Shown here in pieces: positions 38,701 through 48,632 of a DNA stretch of 64,000 nucleotides. The stretch is taken from IMG/VR virus record IMGVR_UViG_3300006868_000019; one strand, given 5' to 3'. Each line of letters begins with the position of its first letter. The stretch's first letter is position 1. A program made the position numbers and the translations under genes. This stretch comes from an uncultured virus (IMG/VR IMGVR_UViG_3300006868_000019). Taxonomy: Duplodnaviria > Heunggongvirae > Uroviricota > Caudoviricetes. The notes under the pieces were generated by a model. That model searched no databases. It was not told where the DNA came from and worked only from the letters and a program-made list of their open reading frames with translations.

Positions 38701-41700
38701 CCAAGAGTTGATGACGCAAGTACAATCAGTTCAGGTAACCAAGATAGATCATTTGATGGTACTGGTAATTCAGTAGTACAACCTATCAAATTTAATTCAG
38801 ACGTTAGATCAGACTTTGAATACTATTTAGGAAGAGTAGATAAAATATTTTTAGATAAAGATGGTAACTTTAAAGTATTAAAAGGTGCTAGTTCATTAGA
38901 ACCAAGAGTACCTGGTACATTAGATAACGCAATGCACCTATACACATTGTTTTTACCTGCATATACATTGGATACATCTGAAGTTGGTATAGAACACGTT
39001 GACAACAAACGATATACAATGAGAGATATTGGTAGAATAGAAAAGAGAATAGAAACTACAGAATACTATACTCAATTATCTCTACTAGAAACAGCTGCAC
39101 AGAATTTACAAATACAAGACTCAAATGGTTTTGATAGATTTAAAAATGGTTTCGTTGTAGATAACTTTACAGGTCACGGTATTGGTGATGTAGGAAATAA
39201 CGATTACAAAGTTTCTATAGATTACGCAAACGGTGAGTTAAGACCTACATTCCATGAAGACGCTGTACAACTTATTGAAAGAGATGATGATGGTACTGCA
39301 ATTACAGCTGATGATAGAACAACACATAACTATCAAAAGACTGGCGACTTAATAACATTACCATATACTGAGGAAACATTAATAGATCAACCTTATGCAA
39401 GTAAGGCTATCAATGTTAACCCATTTGGTGTATTTACATGGATAGGTGCAATAGAATTAACACCTCCAGGTGATGAATGGAAAGAAACAGAAAGAGCACC
39501 TGAATTAGTTATCAACAACCCTAATGGTAGTTGGGACAACTTAACTAAAAACTCTGGTAACTCTAATCAGTTATCTGAATTTCCTATGTCAACAGTTTGG
39601 AATTCATGGCAAGATACATGGACAGGAAGACCTGTTGAAACAGAAAGAAAAAATGTAGGTACATATAAGAAAAGAGGTGGTCATGGTTGGAGAGTAATTG
39701 CAAAAGAAGAAGTAACTACTGCTCAACAAGTATCACAAACAAGAACAGGAATTAGAGCAGTTGCTGTACCTGAAACAGTAAGAACATCTATCGGTGATAG
39801 AGTTGTTTCAGTTGCATTTGTTCCTTTTATTAGAAGTAGAACATTAACATTTACTGCAACAAGATTAAAACCTAATACAAGAGTTTATCCATTCTTTGAT
39901 AATATAGACGTTACTGCATATGTAACTCCAGACGGTGGTGCATTAGGTGGTAATTTAGTTACAGACGCTAATGGTAAGGTTGAAGGTACATTTGCAATAC
40001 CTGATCCTAAAACAAATTCAAATCCTAGATGGAGAACAGGTCAAAGATTATTCAGATTAACAAGTTCATCTTCAAACAGTTTAACAAACGCAAACGTAGA
40101 AACGGCTGCAAACGTTGAATATGTTGCAAGAGGTCTATTAGAAACAGTAAGAGAAACTATTATTTCAAGTAGAGAAGCTCGTGTAGAGATGAGAAGTGTA
40201 ACAGAAAGTCAAAGTATTACTAGAACATCCACAAGAACGGAAGAAAGACAAGTTGGTTACCATGACCCACTTGCTCAAACTTTCTTAATTGATGATGAAG
40301 GTGGTGTATTCTTAACATCTATTGATATATTCTTTAGTACAAAAGACGCTGCAATACCAGTAACAGTTCAAGTAAGAGATGTTGTAAATGGTTATCCAGG
40401 TCAGAAAATATTACCATTCTCGGAAGTAACTTTAAATCCTAGTGCTGTAAATACAAGTACAGATGGTACAACTGCAACTAAATTTACATTTGCAAGTCCT
40501 GTTTACATACAATCAAACGTAGAGTATTGTTTTGTTGTAATGGCAAACTCACAAGACTACAATGCTTATGTGGCAAGAATAGGTGAAACATCTTTAGATA
40601 CAAATAGAACAATATCTGCTCAACCATATGCTGGTGTATTATTTAAATCACAGAATGGTATGACATGGTCTGCTGAACAAAATGAAGATATGAAATTCAA
40701 ATTAAGAAGAGCAGAATTTAGTAACGTAACTGGTACAGTTACATTAACTAACGATACATTAGGAACAAGAACACTTAAAAATAATGCTTTAAGAACAACA
40801 AATGGTTCTGGAGTAATTAGAGTATTCCATCCTAACCATGGTATGCACGGTACAAGTAATAACGTAACAATTGCTGGTGTACCTAGTGGTGATCACAATG
40901 GTATTGCTCATAGTGATATTAATGGAACATATACATCTATTTCAAATGTAACTTTAGATAGTTACGATATTACAACTTCTGGAACTGCAACTGCAACAGG
41001 TGATGTTGGTGGTGTTGCTGTAACAGCAACTCAAAACAGATTGTTTGATGTATTAAATTTAGGTGGTATTCAAACCGTAACTTTACCTGATACTAATATA
41101 GATTTCTATGTTAGAACAACATCTGGTAGATCAATACACGGATCAGAAACAGAATTTGATTTAACAACAGCTGCAAATAAAGTTGCTGTAATAGGTAACG
41201 ACAATATTGCTTTCACAGCACCTCAAATGGTTGCAAGTGAAATAAATGAAACAAACGAAACGCAAATTATAGGTGGTAAATCTTTCTATACAATATTAGA
41301 ATTGACAACTGCAAATACTAAACTTTCTCCTGTATTAGATACTCAAAGAATGAGTGCCTTTACTATTCAAAACAGATTAAATAGTCCAACATCAAGTAAC
41401 ACACCTAATTTTGTTGCTGATACAGCAAGTATAGGTACATCATCTGCTGCTGTTTATTGTACTAAACCAGTATTGCTAGAAAACAACTCAAAAGCGTTAG
41501 ACATTAGATTAACTGCAAACATAAGAGCAACATCTGAAGTTGAAATGTACTTTAGAGCTGCAACAGATGGCGACAAACTAGATGATTTGGGTTGGACACC
41601 TTTCAATACAGATGGTAGTCCAGATTCATCTATTGTACCTGCTGAAGATGATACAACATTTAAAGAATACAAATATACAGCAAGTGATATAAATGACTTT

Positions 41701-41793
41701 ACTAACTTTCAACTTAAAATAGTTATGAAAGGAACAAATTCATCATATCCACCTGTATTAAGAGATATGAGAGGAATTGCATTGGCGATATAA
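35728..41793 (+). CDS. Large virion structural protein (VrlC/DUF4815-like)
   Basis: NVSPYYDDF, LFRP..AVQARELTQ.Q, APGAHR, LARRTFDESGDY, RYTMRDIG, RFKNGFVVDNF, DPLAQTF. Confidence 0.88.
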   Translation: MPSPTDFNVSPYYDDFTESKKFHRILFRPAFAVQARELTQSQTQLQNQIERMSDHLFDKGSMVIPGEIGYDLKYYAVKLTSKSASTVDSYIDTTLTGGTSGVTAKVVNAVATDGTDPDTLFVKYMNTASDGAQIPFTHGETITSSNTSTAVVASCHTGSAAQIKEGVYYINGFHVQVSAQTLILEKYSDTPSYRVGLSVTESFVAPGDDTSLNDNAQGVSNSNAPGAHRFKILLTLGKKALNNTEDSNFYELLRLSSGVLQNQVRTTEYAVLEDTLARRTFDESGDYVVRPFDIDVREHLSSGNNRGIFTSSAGGDATKLAVGFSPGKAYVKGYEIDTIATTFLPVDKARDFDTQNNFSTRFDVGNFVNVTNVYGSPDISTASGVEGFKGLTLHNTATSSRGTANTGSSSDITTIGRAKSRGFEYSSGTAASNIFSSSSVTSAVYKHYLFDIVLFTHLNIKTAQAFTTGETVTGSTSGATATVQSVSTTESATITGATAADPVVITSSNKFKEGQQVTITGVGGMTELNGNVYTVRNPSASNFELYDTDGTTSIDGSGFTSYTSGGAAAHGVVIVSNVQGTFATGETITGGTSSNTAVIQADAVGLKGVTAFDIPQVKQIAMAGSPTFTADTALDATNGDNATLTGTLSIANSGTSVTGFNTRFTSELLVGDSISFTTDGGTSLTRIVEAIISDSSITLSAAVGGSDVSTKTIATRRRTKIQSPDKNISIFKLPYENIKTLRTTANGNASDTSYTFRKHEIKTLTGDGIATFTAGVDETFADLSENDFTISITSLGSGGSGAVGDVLSLTGNNHEGSAIFTLNVAKTQLTIDFGANYASHDVKALLTINKTVGTSKTKTLNSNETLAVSTQATIESGVISLAKADVIAINSIYMAPDFSTDATISHTDVTDRFDLDTGQRDNFYDVGRIKLKTGALTPTGRLLVNFNYYSHSAGDYFDVDSYSAINYEDIPAYTSDHTGVRYELRDSLDFRPRVDDASTISSGNQDRSFDGTGNSVVQPIKFNSDVRSDFEYYLGRVDKIFLDKDGNFKVLKGASSLEPRVPGTLDNAMHLYTLFLPAYTLDTSEVGIEHVDNKRYTMRDIGRIEKRIETTEYYTQLSLLETAAQNLQIQDSNGFDRFKNGFVVDNFTGHGIGDVGNNDYKVSIDYANGELRPTFHEDAVQLIERDDDGTAITADDRTTHNYQKTGDLITLPYTEETLIDQPYASKAINVNPFGVFTWIGAIELTPPGDEWKETERAPELVINNPNGSWDNLTKNSGNSNQLSEFPMSTVWNSWQDTWTGRPVETERKNVGTYKKRGGHGWRVIAKEEVTTAQQVSQTRTGIRAVAVPETVRTSIGDRVVSVAFVPFIRSRTLTFTATRLKPNTRVYPFFDNIDVTAYVTPDGGALGGNLVTDANGKVEGTFAIPDPKTNSNPRWRTGQRLFRLTSSSSNSLTNANVETAANVEYVARGLLETVRETIISSREARVEMRSVTESQSITRTSTRTEERQVGYHDPLAQTFLIDDEGGVFLTSIDIFFSTKDAAIPVTVQVRDVVNGYPGQKILPFSEVTLNPSAVNTSTDGTTATKFTFASPVYIQSNVEYCFVVMANSQDYNAYVARIGETSLDTNRTISAQPYAGVLFKSQNGMTWSAEQNEDMKFKLRRAEFSNVTGTVTLTNDTLGTRTLKNNALRTTNGSGVIRVFHPNHGMHGTSNNVTIAGVPSGDHNGIAHSDINGTYTSISNVTLDSYDITTSGTATATGDVGGVAVTATQNRLFDVLNLGGIQTVTLPDTNIDFYVRTTSGRSIHGSETEFDLTTAANKVAVIGNDNIAFTAPQMVASEINETNETQIIGGKSFYTILELTTANTKLSPVLDTQRMSAFTIQNRLNSPTSSNTPNFVADTASIGTSSAAVYCTKPVLLENNSKALDIRLTANIRATSEVEMYFRAATDGDKLDDLGWTPFNTDGSPDSSIVPAEDDTTFKEYKYTASDINDFTNFQLKIVMKGTNSSYPPVLRDMRGIALAI

Positions 41794-41794
41794 G

Positions 41795-42016
41795 ATGAGC
41801 AAATTAAGAGTAGAAGGATTTTCTGGACTAGTAAGAGATACCAACTCAAATGCCATCGTTAATGTAAACAGGACTGAATATCAAGTTTATATGTCACGTC
41901 ACAAGACTAGACAAAAACAAGGTGATGAGTTAAGAGAAGCAATAAAAGAAATAAATACTTTAAAACAAGAATTGTTTGAAATAAAAAGATTAATAAAAGA
42001 GGTAATTAAAAAGTAA
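41795..42016 (+). CDS. Small coiled-coil protein following VrlC
   Basis: VEG...LVRD..SNAIVN...EIN.LK.EL.EIK.L. Confidence 0.75.
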   Translation: MSKLRVEGFSGLVRDTNSNAIVNVNRTEYQVYMSRHKTRQKQGDELREAIKEINTLKQELFEIKRLIKEVIKK

Positions 42017-42849
42017 TGGCTGCACGACAAATAACTGCTACACAAACATTAGAAGACTTTAGAACACAGTTTAATGCTCTATCGGCTACTGATTTTGGTG
42101 ATATTGCTACGTTAGATTCTGGTTTAACCGCAACGTCTGTAATAGGCGCTGTTAATGAATTATACGCTGCGATTGCTGGTGCATTATCTTTTACAATTTC
42201 AGATGGCAATGGTGGTAATGAAACACTTGTAAATGGAAATACATTATCATTTAGAGGTACAGTAAATCAAATTACAGCAACGGTATCACCAACAGATACG
42301 GTTACATACTCATTAACCGATGATGTAACAATTGCTGGTGAGTTTACTGCTTCAGGCACAGGTGCTCACACATTAGGTGAGTTATCATTTACAGGCAGTA
42401 CAATTGCAAGTTCAGGCTCTACTATCACAATGAGTGATGATGTAACAATGCCTGCAACTAAAACGCTAACTGTTGATAAGATTTCAAGTAATCAATCATT
42501 TGTTGATTTCGGAAGTAAAAACGTATCAACTGACGGATACTTCTACACAACATTAGCAAGTGGAGGTCTGGTATTTGAAGGAACAACACCAGACGCACAC
42601 GAAACTATAGTAACCGTTGTAGACCCCACAGCAGATAGAACAATCACTTTGCCTAATGTGACAGGAACAGTTATAACTACTGGCGATACAGGTACTATCG
42701 TTGGTTCTATGATTGCAAACGACACTATAGGTGAGGCAAATATGGCTGATGACGCCATAGGGCAAGATCAACTAAAAAGTGTAGTAACCTTGCAGATTTT
42801 AAATTCTAGTGGCGTTGTTGTTAAAACAATGTATGCTGCAGGTGCATAA
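42016..42849 (+). CDS. Fibre/structural protein
   Basis: T.EDFR...N N-terminus; FEG.T.D.HET.....DPTADRTITLPN.TGTV fibre motif. Confidence 0.75.
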   Translation: MAARQITATQTLEDFRTQFNALSATDFGDIATLDSGLTATSVIGAVNELYAAIAGALSFTISDGNGGNETLVNGNTLSFRGTVNQITATVSPTDTVTYSLTDDVTIAGEFTASGTGAHTLGELSFTGSTIASSGSTITMSDDVTMPATKTLTVDKISSNQSFVDFGSKNVSTDGYFYTTLASGGLVFEGTTPDAHETIVTVVDPTADRTITLPNVTGTVITTGDTGTIVGSMIANDTIGEANMADDAIGQDQLKSVVTLQILNSSGVVVKTMYAAGA

Positions 42850-42916
42850 ATAGTATAAATAAGTAAAGAGAGGTACTTACTGAAAGACGTGGTACCAGAT
42901 AAAAAATGGAGAAATT

Positions 42917-43858
42917 ATGGCAGTAAGAAAACCTTTATATGTAGATTCAGGCAATCTACGAGAGATGGACACTACTATGGTCGAACAGATCGTAGATCAG
43001 GCTGTCTATCAATATTCATTAAATCCTAGTGTTGCATTATCTGTAGTTGGATCAGGTGGTAGTTTAGGTTCAATGAACGACACAAGAAAACAAGCAGGAT
43101 CATATTCAACAAGTACTACTTCATTCCCAAGTGAGGCAACAACAGCAGAACCAAGTACGGTTACAGTAACTTACGATAAAGTTTCTGAAACTAGAACAGC
43201 AGGATCGCCTACGGCAGATACTGGTAAAACATGGCCTGTGTATTACAACACATCTGGTCAGATACAAGCAATGAATTTATCGGATGTAAAAGATACATTT
43301 TTACACCCAGCAATTGATCTATTGGCTTCAGGATCAACAGGTACTCAACAAGGTGGAACTTATCACGTTTCAACAAGTGCTTCTGTTGCAGGTTCAACTG
43401 AAGTGTCTGGTGCTTCAACACCAATCTTTTCAGATACAAGAGCAGATACATCTTTATATACTGCTGGTGGTATTCCTGAAGCGCTTGACCAACCTACAAC
43501 AGTTACAAACTATTACTTACATAGAATTGATGGTTCTCAAATTACATATACTGAACCATACTTTTTAGATGGTTCTAATAACATCAAAGAATTTACAACA
43601 TCTGCTTTTGATACATTGTTACAAGAATGGATGAAGTACACAGCAGTATCATCTGCTGATGGTTATTCTTTAAGTTATAACATTGGTACTTCTGGTTCTG
43701 GTAATACAAGAGGTTCTGGTATGGGTGATACTATATTAGATGGTTCTGGTAACTATCAACAATTGTTTGTAAACGCTGATGACTATAGAGCACAGGAATT
43801 TCCAAATGGATCTGCAACTACAGCTGCAACATATTATTTAAGAATATATAAGTCTTAA
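42917..43858 (+). CDS. Virion structural protein (Ser/Thr/Gly-rich)
   Basis: Late promoter at 42854; internal repeat TTVTNYYLHRI / TTAATYYLRI. Confidence 0.6.
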   Translation: MAVRKPLYVDSGNLREMDTTMVEQIVDQAVYQYSLNPSVALSVVGSGGSLGSMNDTRKQAGSYSTSTTSFPSEATTAEPSTVTVTYDKVSETRTAGSPTADTGKTWPVYYNTSGQIQAMNLSDVKDTFLHPAIDLLASGSTGTQQGGTYHVSTSASVAGSTEVSGASTPIFSDTRADTSLYTAGGIPEALDQPTTVTNYYLHRIDGSQITYTEPYFLDGSNNIKEFTTSAFDTLLQEWMKYTAVSSADGYSLSYNIGTSGSGNTRGSGMGDTILDGSGNYQQLFVNADDYRAQEFPNGSATTAATYYLRIYKS

Positions 43859-43884
43859 TAGACTTATAAATTATATTATGAATT

Positions 43885-44616
43885 ATGAAAATATTATTAA
43901 CAGGTAGTGAAGGCTTCATAGGTCAACACTTAAATAAATTCTTAACAGATCAAAAACACGAAGTAATTTGTCTGGACAAAAAAACAGGCAATGATTTACT
44001 TACTTGCGACTTAAAATATTCTGTAGATTTAGTTATACATCTCGCTGGTTTATCTGGCGTTAGAGATAGTTTAGATAAATCGGAAGAGTATTGGATACAA
44101 AATGTAATCGCAGGTCAAAGACTTTTTGATTTTTTCAAAGATACAAGAATCTTATACGCAAGTTCATCAACAGCACACGAACCTTGGAAAAATCCATATG
44201 CAATGAGTAAATATGCTTTAGAGCGTATTGCTCCTGCAAACAGTATGGGTATGAGATTTACAACCGTGTATGGTCCTAATGCTAGAGAAACAATGTTGAT
44301 ACCAAGAATCTTACGAAATGATGTTCCTTATATCAACACAAATCATAGTAGAGATTTTATACACGTTGACGATTTAGTGAGAGGGATAGATACTTTAATT
44401 AAATCAAATTTAAGAGGTGTAACAGATTTAGGTTCTGGTACTACAAACAATCTTGTAGAGTTAATTGAATACTTTGGAATTAATTGTAAACGTGTTGTGG
44501 GAGAACAAAACGAAAGATTGAATAACCTTGCTGATAATACACTACTAAATAAAATAGGTTGGTCACCTAAAATAAACTTATATGACTATATTAAGGAGAA
44601 CAAACATGTTAACTGA
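43885..44616 (+). CDS. NAD-dependent epimerase/dehydratase (extended SDR)
   Basis: TGSEGFIG, HLA, YASSS, YAMSK (YxxxK), RFTTVYGP, RDFIHVDD. Confidence 0.92.
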   Translation: MKILLTGSEGFIGQHLNKFLTDQKHEVICLDKKTGNDLLTCDLKYSVDLVIHLAGLSGVRDSLDKSEEYWIQNVIAGQRLFDFFKDTRILYASSSTAHEPWKNPYAMSKYALERIAPANSMGMRFTTVYGPNARETMLIPRILRNDVPYINTNHSRDFIHVDDLVRGIDTLIKSNLRGVTDLGSGTTNNLVELIEYFGINCKRVVGEQNERLNNLADNTLLNKIGWSPKINLYDYIKENKHVN

Positions 44617-45100
44617 AGAATATTTAAAAGAACATTTTATAACTGCTCATTTTTGTGACAATGAAAGACAAAACATTGAGATATTAATGACAAATGAAGA
44701 TAAGACAGCAACAATACCATATTACATTCCTTTTGATGAAAATGATGTAAAATATAAAGCATTATCAACCGTTATGAATTTAGATCAATTGCATGAGGCA
44801 ACGTATCAGAAAAAGAAAGACGAAAGACGAGATTTTGAAAATATGGTTTTAGAAATTGCAAAAAAAGACGGTCTAATAATGGACTCAAATAAGATTGACA
44901 CTAAATTTTATCCTAGAGTAGTAGAAGCTATTTTTGGTGATGAAGAAAATTTAGATCACGTTTTTGCTTTAAAACTTGCAATATTTGAGTTAGACGGAAT
45001 TAAGGATTCTAAAAAAGAAGAATTAAAGAAAAAGCTAAGACAATCAAAAACTAAAAGAGATATTATTGCTACTGCTTGTCAGATTTTAGAAAATAGTTAG
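44606..45100 (+). CDS. Hypothetical protein
   Basis: AAGGAG RBS before ATG 44606. Confidence 0.7.
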   Translation: MLTEEYLKEHFITAHFCDNERQNIEILMTNEDKTATIPYYIPFDENDVKYKALSTVMNLDQLHEATYQKKKDERRDFENMVLEIAKKDGLIMDSNKIDTKFYPRVVEAIFGDEENLDHVFALKLAIFELDGIKDSKKEELKKKLRQSKTKRDIIATACQILENS

Positions 45101-45647
45101 AATACCAACCAGTCCAACCTTTTTCCATTATATGTTGCATTTGACCAAGTGTACATATACTATATGACAAAGGTTTATAATACAGATAGTCTTTAATTGA
45201 AGGACATACTCTTTCATACGTTTTATAGTCAATGAATTTATAGTACCATTCATCACTTCCTCTAGTGTAGGTATCCACGTAGAAAGAGTCTTGTTCTTTA
45301 AACTTATCCCATATATAAGATACATCACCAGTCCATGATACTATAGATGAGTTTAAAGGTGTGTGAGCAGGTTCTCTCCACCACGTATCATCTAATAACG
45401 TAAAATCTTTTCTTACTAGATTAGGTAACTTGTTGTAGATAATCATATCTAAATCAAAATACAGGTTCTCCCCATCTCGGAACCTATCGTACATCTGAAA
45501 TTTGTTAAACCAATTACCATATAGGTCGTCTTCTATAACTTCAAAACTATCATACTTTAGACCAGAGTATTCATCTATCATATGTTTTAAGTTATCAACG
45601 TGCCATTGAGTAAACTTATTACCAAATCTACAACAAATAATTCTCAT
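45069..45647 (-). CDS. Glycosyltransferase-like (GT-A, DxD)
   Basis: IICC.FG.KF...V.NL, W.NK, LYFDLD, NSSI..W, GSDEW. Confidence 0.7.
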   Translation of the reverse strand: MRIICCRFGNKFTQWHVDNLKHMIDEYSGLKYDSFEVIEDDLYGNWFNKFQMYDRFRDGENLYFDLDMIIYNKLPNLVRKDFTLLDDTWWREPAHTPLNSSIVSWTGDVSYIWDKFKEQDSFYVDTYTRGSDEWYYKFIDYKTYERVCPSIKDYLYYKPLSYSICTLGQMQHIMEKGWTGWYSNYFLKSDKQ

Positions 45648-46347
45648 TTATCTTTCTTCCTACACCTGTAAAGTGTACTACTTTTAATTTTTCGTTTACT
45701 TCTTTATCTAATATCATAAAGTCAGTATCAAACTTTTGCATATACATTTGATTTAGTTTTAAATTTTCATTGTAGTCATCTGTATATTTCGCAATCCATT
45801 CACTAGGTGTTTTAGTTAGTTTTGCTTTATGTTCTAATATCTTCCACTTGACATAATTTTGTTCGCCATAATATTTCTTATGTACTGTTCCTTCGTTATA
45901 GAAATGTAATTGCCAGTATTCAGGATTAAGTGCAAAGTCATCCCATAAAAATTTTAAACTACCTGATTTAAACTTATAGAAACCACCATTGATACCTAGT
46001 TTGTTTTCCCACCATTGACCATATGTTACTAATTCATCATCTGATACAGGATGCCCTAGTAAATCATCTATATTACTTACTATGACTTGATCTATATCCA
46101 TAATGATTATATCATCATCTGGTTTCTGATATGCAAATTGAGGACTAAAGAATTTTAGTTTATGCCAATGTTTTACTATATTACTATGATGATTGTAAGG
46201 TAGGACTAAATCTGCTTTGACATCTGTATCACTTAAACATACAAACTCAAAGTCTATTGATGAGTGTTTACGTAAACTATCGTGTAGTCTTTCAACGTAA
46301 TCGGGTGTGTAAAAACCATCAAAGTATACCGTACATATTTTAAGCAT
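45628..46347 (-). CDS. Glycosyltransferase-like (GT-A, DxD)
   Basis: Y...YV.RL, FVCLSD, WHKL.FF, MDID, NGG, GEQ, VVHFTG. Confidence 0.75.
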   Translation of the reverse strand: MLKICTVYFDGFYTPDYVERLHDSLRKHSSIDFEFVCLSDTDVKADLVLPYNHHSNIVKHWHKLKFFSPQFAYQKPDDDIIIMDIDQVIVSNIDDLLGHPVSDDELVTYGQWWENKLGINGGFYKFKSGSLKFLWDDFALNPEYWQLHFYNEGTVHKKYYGEQNYVKWKILEHKAKLTKTPSEWIAKYTDDYNENLKLNQMYMQKFDTDFMILDKEVNEKLKVVHFTGVGRKINENYLL

Positions 46348-47203
46348 TAAGTCTTCTCCACACAAGATCAAAGTCTTTGTTGATAGTGTGGCAAAGTATA
46401 GTATCTTTAGGTATGAATCCTTGTTGATATAAAAAATAATGCCATTTGTCATCTAACCATTGTACAGATACATTGTTTTCTTTTATTTTAAATGAAAATA
46501 ATGTTTCATTATCCCAACCAAAATATTGTAATACTTTTTTAGGGAATATATCACTGCTATTTTTTAATTCAGACATCATAGCTAAATTATCTTTAAAATT
46601 TTCAAAGTAGTTTAGTTTTACTAAATGATCTTTGTTAATACCTACGATACCTGTATTAATAACATCATTTTTAGGACTTAATCCTTTTTCTATCAACATT
46701 GCCTGAGTATTGAAATATTTTGATGATGGACTTCTTATTGTTTGTGATGTATCTGTAACTGAATCTATTTTTGTGATTTTACTATTATTGTTTAGTACAG
46801 CAATACCTTTTGTTAAATCCCACACCTCAAAAAAGTTTTCATTTTTCATAGGCACAACATCAAAATCTAAAAATAATATTTCATCATATTTCGTAGATAG
46901 TTCATACATTAAATGTATCTTATAAAAATTTATTATATTATACATTGTAAGGTATGGATATTGTTTTTTTATATTTTCTGACCATAATGTAAAGTTTGTA
47001 TCATATTCATATAAAATAAAATCAGCACCAATAGCGTCAGCGTAGATTTGTTTACAAGCACATAGATCACCATAATGTTTTGCGAATTGCTCTTTAGTTC
47101 TTATGTTCATAGGTGTATCACCTGTCTTCAAAATGTTTTTATCAAAAATATCAATATCTTCTGAAGGTATATCAATATACAAACTAAAAATTACTCTTTT
47201 CAT
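46340..47203 (-). CDS. Glycosyltransferase-like (GT-A, DxD)
   Basis: YA..IGAD, YK, YDEILFLDFD, NTG, DNET, W, H.INK. Confidence 0.7.
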   Translation of the reverse strand: MKRVIFSLYIDIPSEDIDIFDKNILKTGDTPMNIRTKEQFAKHYGDLCACKQIYADAIGADFILYEYDTNFTLWSENIKKQYPYLTMYNIINFYKIHLMYELSTKYDEILFLDFDVVPMKNENFFEVWDLTKGIAVLNNNSKITKIDSVTDTSQTIRSPSSKYFNTQAMLIEKGLSPKNDVINTGIVGINKDHLVKLNYFENFKDNLAMMSELKNSSDIFPKKVLQYFGWDNETLFSFKIKENNVSVQWLDDKWHYFLYQQGFIPKDTILCHTINKDFDLVWRRLNA

Positions 47204-47931
47204 AATATTTTTCCTATTAATGTAAATCTTGTTCCTCTTTCATCATTAATTTCATCTTCAACAAGCACTTCGGTGTTTTTAGGTAATTGTGTTTTAAATT
47301 CATCGCCATTGTTTACACAATTTATATGTGTATCAATATTGAACATGTCATTTGATTGAAAGGCAAAATGTGCTGTTTTTTTCATTCTTGTCCACCATGG
47401 AACTTTACGTGTAACAGGCACACCAAATTTTGAATTGAAATATAGTGATTTAGGTCCTATAGGTCCCCATTCAGACATTGGTCGCATATGTTCACACGAA
47501 GTATTAATGAATAAATCTGTTTTCTCATATTCGTTTCTAAAATCTTTGAATATGTCATCTGATATAAAGGTAACATTTTCATAGTTGTAAAACAATTTAT
47601 TTTTAGCAATCTTTATAACTCTATCGTCCATATCTATTGCTGTAATCTTTTTTACTCTAGGTGCTAATTCAGGTATTAGAATACTACCATACCAACAACC
47701 GAATATTGTTATTTCAGTTTGATCTGTTATTAAACCAAGTTTATCACAATGTTTTACAATATTCATCTTTGCGTTTAATTGAGGAGTACTAAAAGAGTCT
47801 AGTATATTATGTTCTAAATCAGGCTCTTCTTTAATAGTATAAATTATTTTTTCCAATAAATTATAATCTATATGATTATTATGTAAGCTCAATATATTTT
47901 TTAAATATTGTAATTGATCTCTTTCTATCAT
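47200..47931 (-). CDS. Class I SAM-dependent methyltransferase-like
   Basis: IFGCWYG, AIDMD, DDIF, INTSCEHM, QSN. Confidence 0.7.
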   Translation of the reverse strand: MIERDQLQYLKNILSLHNNHIDYNLLEKIIYTIKEEPDLEHNILDSFSTPQLNAKMNIVKHCDKLGLITDQTEITIFGCWYGSILIPELAPRVKKITAIDMDDRVIKIAKNKLFYNYENVTFISDDIFKDFRNEYEKTDLFINTSCEHMRPMSEWGPIGPKSLYFNSKFGVPVTRKVPWWTRMKKTAHFAFQSNDMFNIDTHINCVNNGDEFKTQLPKNTEVLVEDEINDERGTRFTLIGKIL

Positions 47932-48632
47932 TTAACCCAACTTACTATATCTGATAATGGCGGACATGTGTCTAATCCCAATTGATTCTTTTTCTCTAGC
48001 CATTGCTGTCTTGTTTCTTCAGCATAACCACAACTCATCATTAATATAGGTCTTCTTTTTACCCAACTAAAACCTAAATCATGCCATTGTTTTACATCTC
48101 TTATAAAACAAATATTGTACGATACATCTAATCCTTCTTCTAATAGATAACTTGATAGATTGGTTGCAAACATTCCTACTTCTAAAGCGATATGATCTAT
48201 AATTTTTTCTACGTATTCTGGATATTGCTCATCTGCCGTATGACTACCATTGTCTATCTGTTTTTGATAGAACGCATTTGGTTTATGCACAACTCTGCTA
48301 TGAAATGCAAACAAGTAAGGATTAGTTCTTACATGATTGTAGTTTGGATTAGGATTCTTTTTTGCGTCATGTGTTACTTTAGATAAACCTAAAGCATTTG
48401 TATCTTTGTCAACTTGTATATGATTTCTATTAGATAAAATCCATATCTTTTCTTTCCATTCTTGTTGTTCAGGACCATAGACATTTATTCTATATGCAAA
48501 CATATTATTTTTAGATGATGTTGTTATTAATGCTTTTTCTAAAGCTCTATCTATGATTTCTTTTGGTGGAACATCTTTTTTATAAGTGATAACGTGTCTT
48601 CGTTTATCTTTTAATAAGTCGTAGTGTTTCAT
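47928..48632 (-). CDS. Nitroreductase-like protein
   Basis: KRRHV..Y....P, TSSKNN, EVGMFA..L....LEEGLDVSY..C, GY. Confidence 0.6.
   Translation of the reverse strand: MKHYDLLKDKRRHVITYKKDVPPKEIIDRALEKALITTSSKNNMFAYRINVYGPEQQEWKEKIWILSNRNHIQVDKDTNALGLSKVTHDAKKNPNPNYNHVRTNPYLFAFHSRVVHKPNAFYQKQIDNGSHTADEQYPEYVEKIIDHIALEVGMFATNLSSYLLEEGLDVSYNICFIRDVKQWHDLGFSWVKRRPILMMSCGYAEETRQQWLEKKNQLGLDTCPPLSDIVSWVK

Noticed and set aside
11700..42771. Many antisense ORFs in the track (e.g. 11700-12053, 12240-12716, 24380-24859, 28183-28614, 37524-37922)
   Set aside because: They are shadow frames of well-supported genes on the opposite strand, with no RBS or recognisable motifs.
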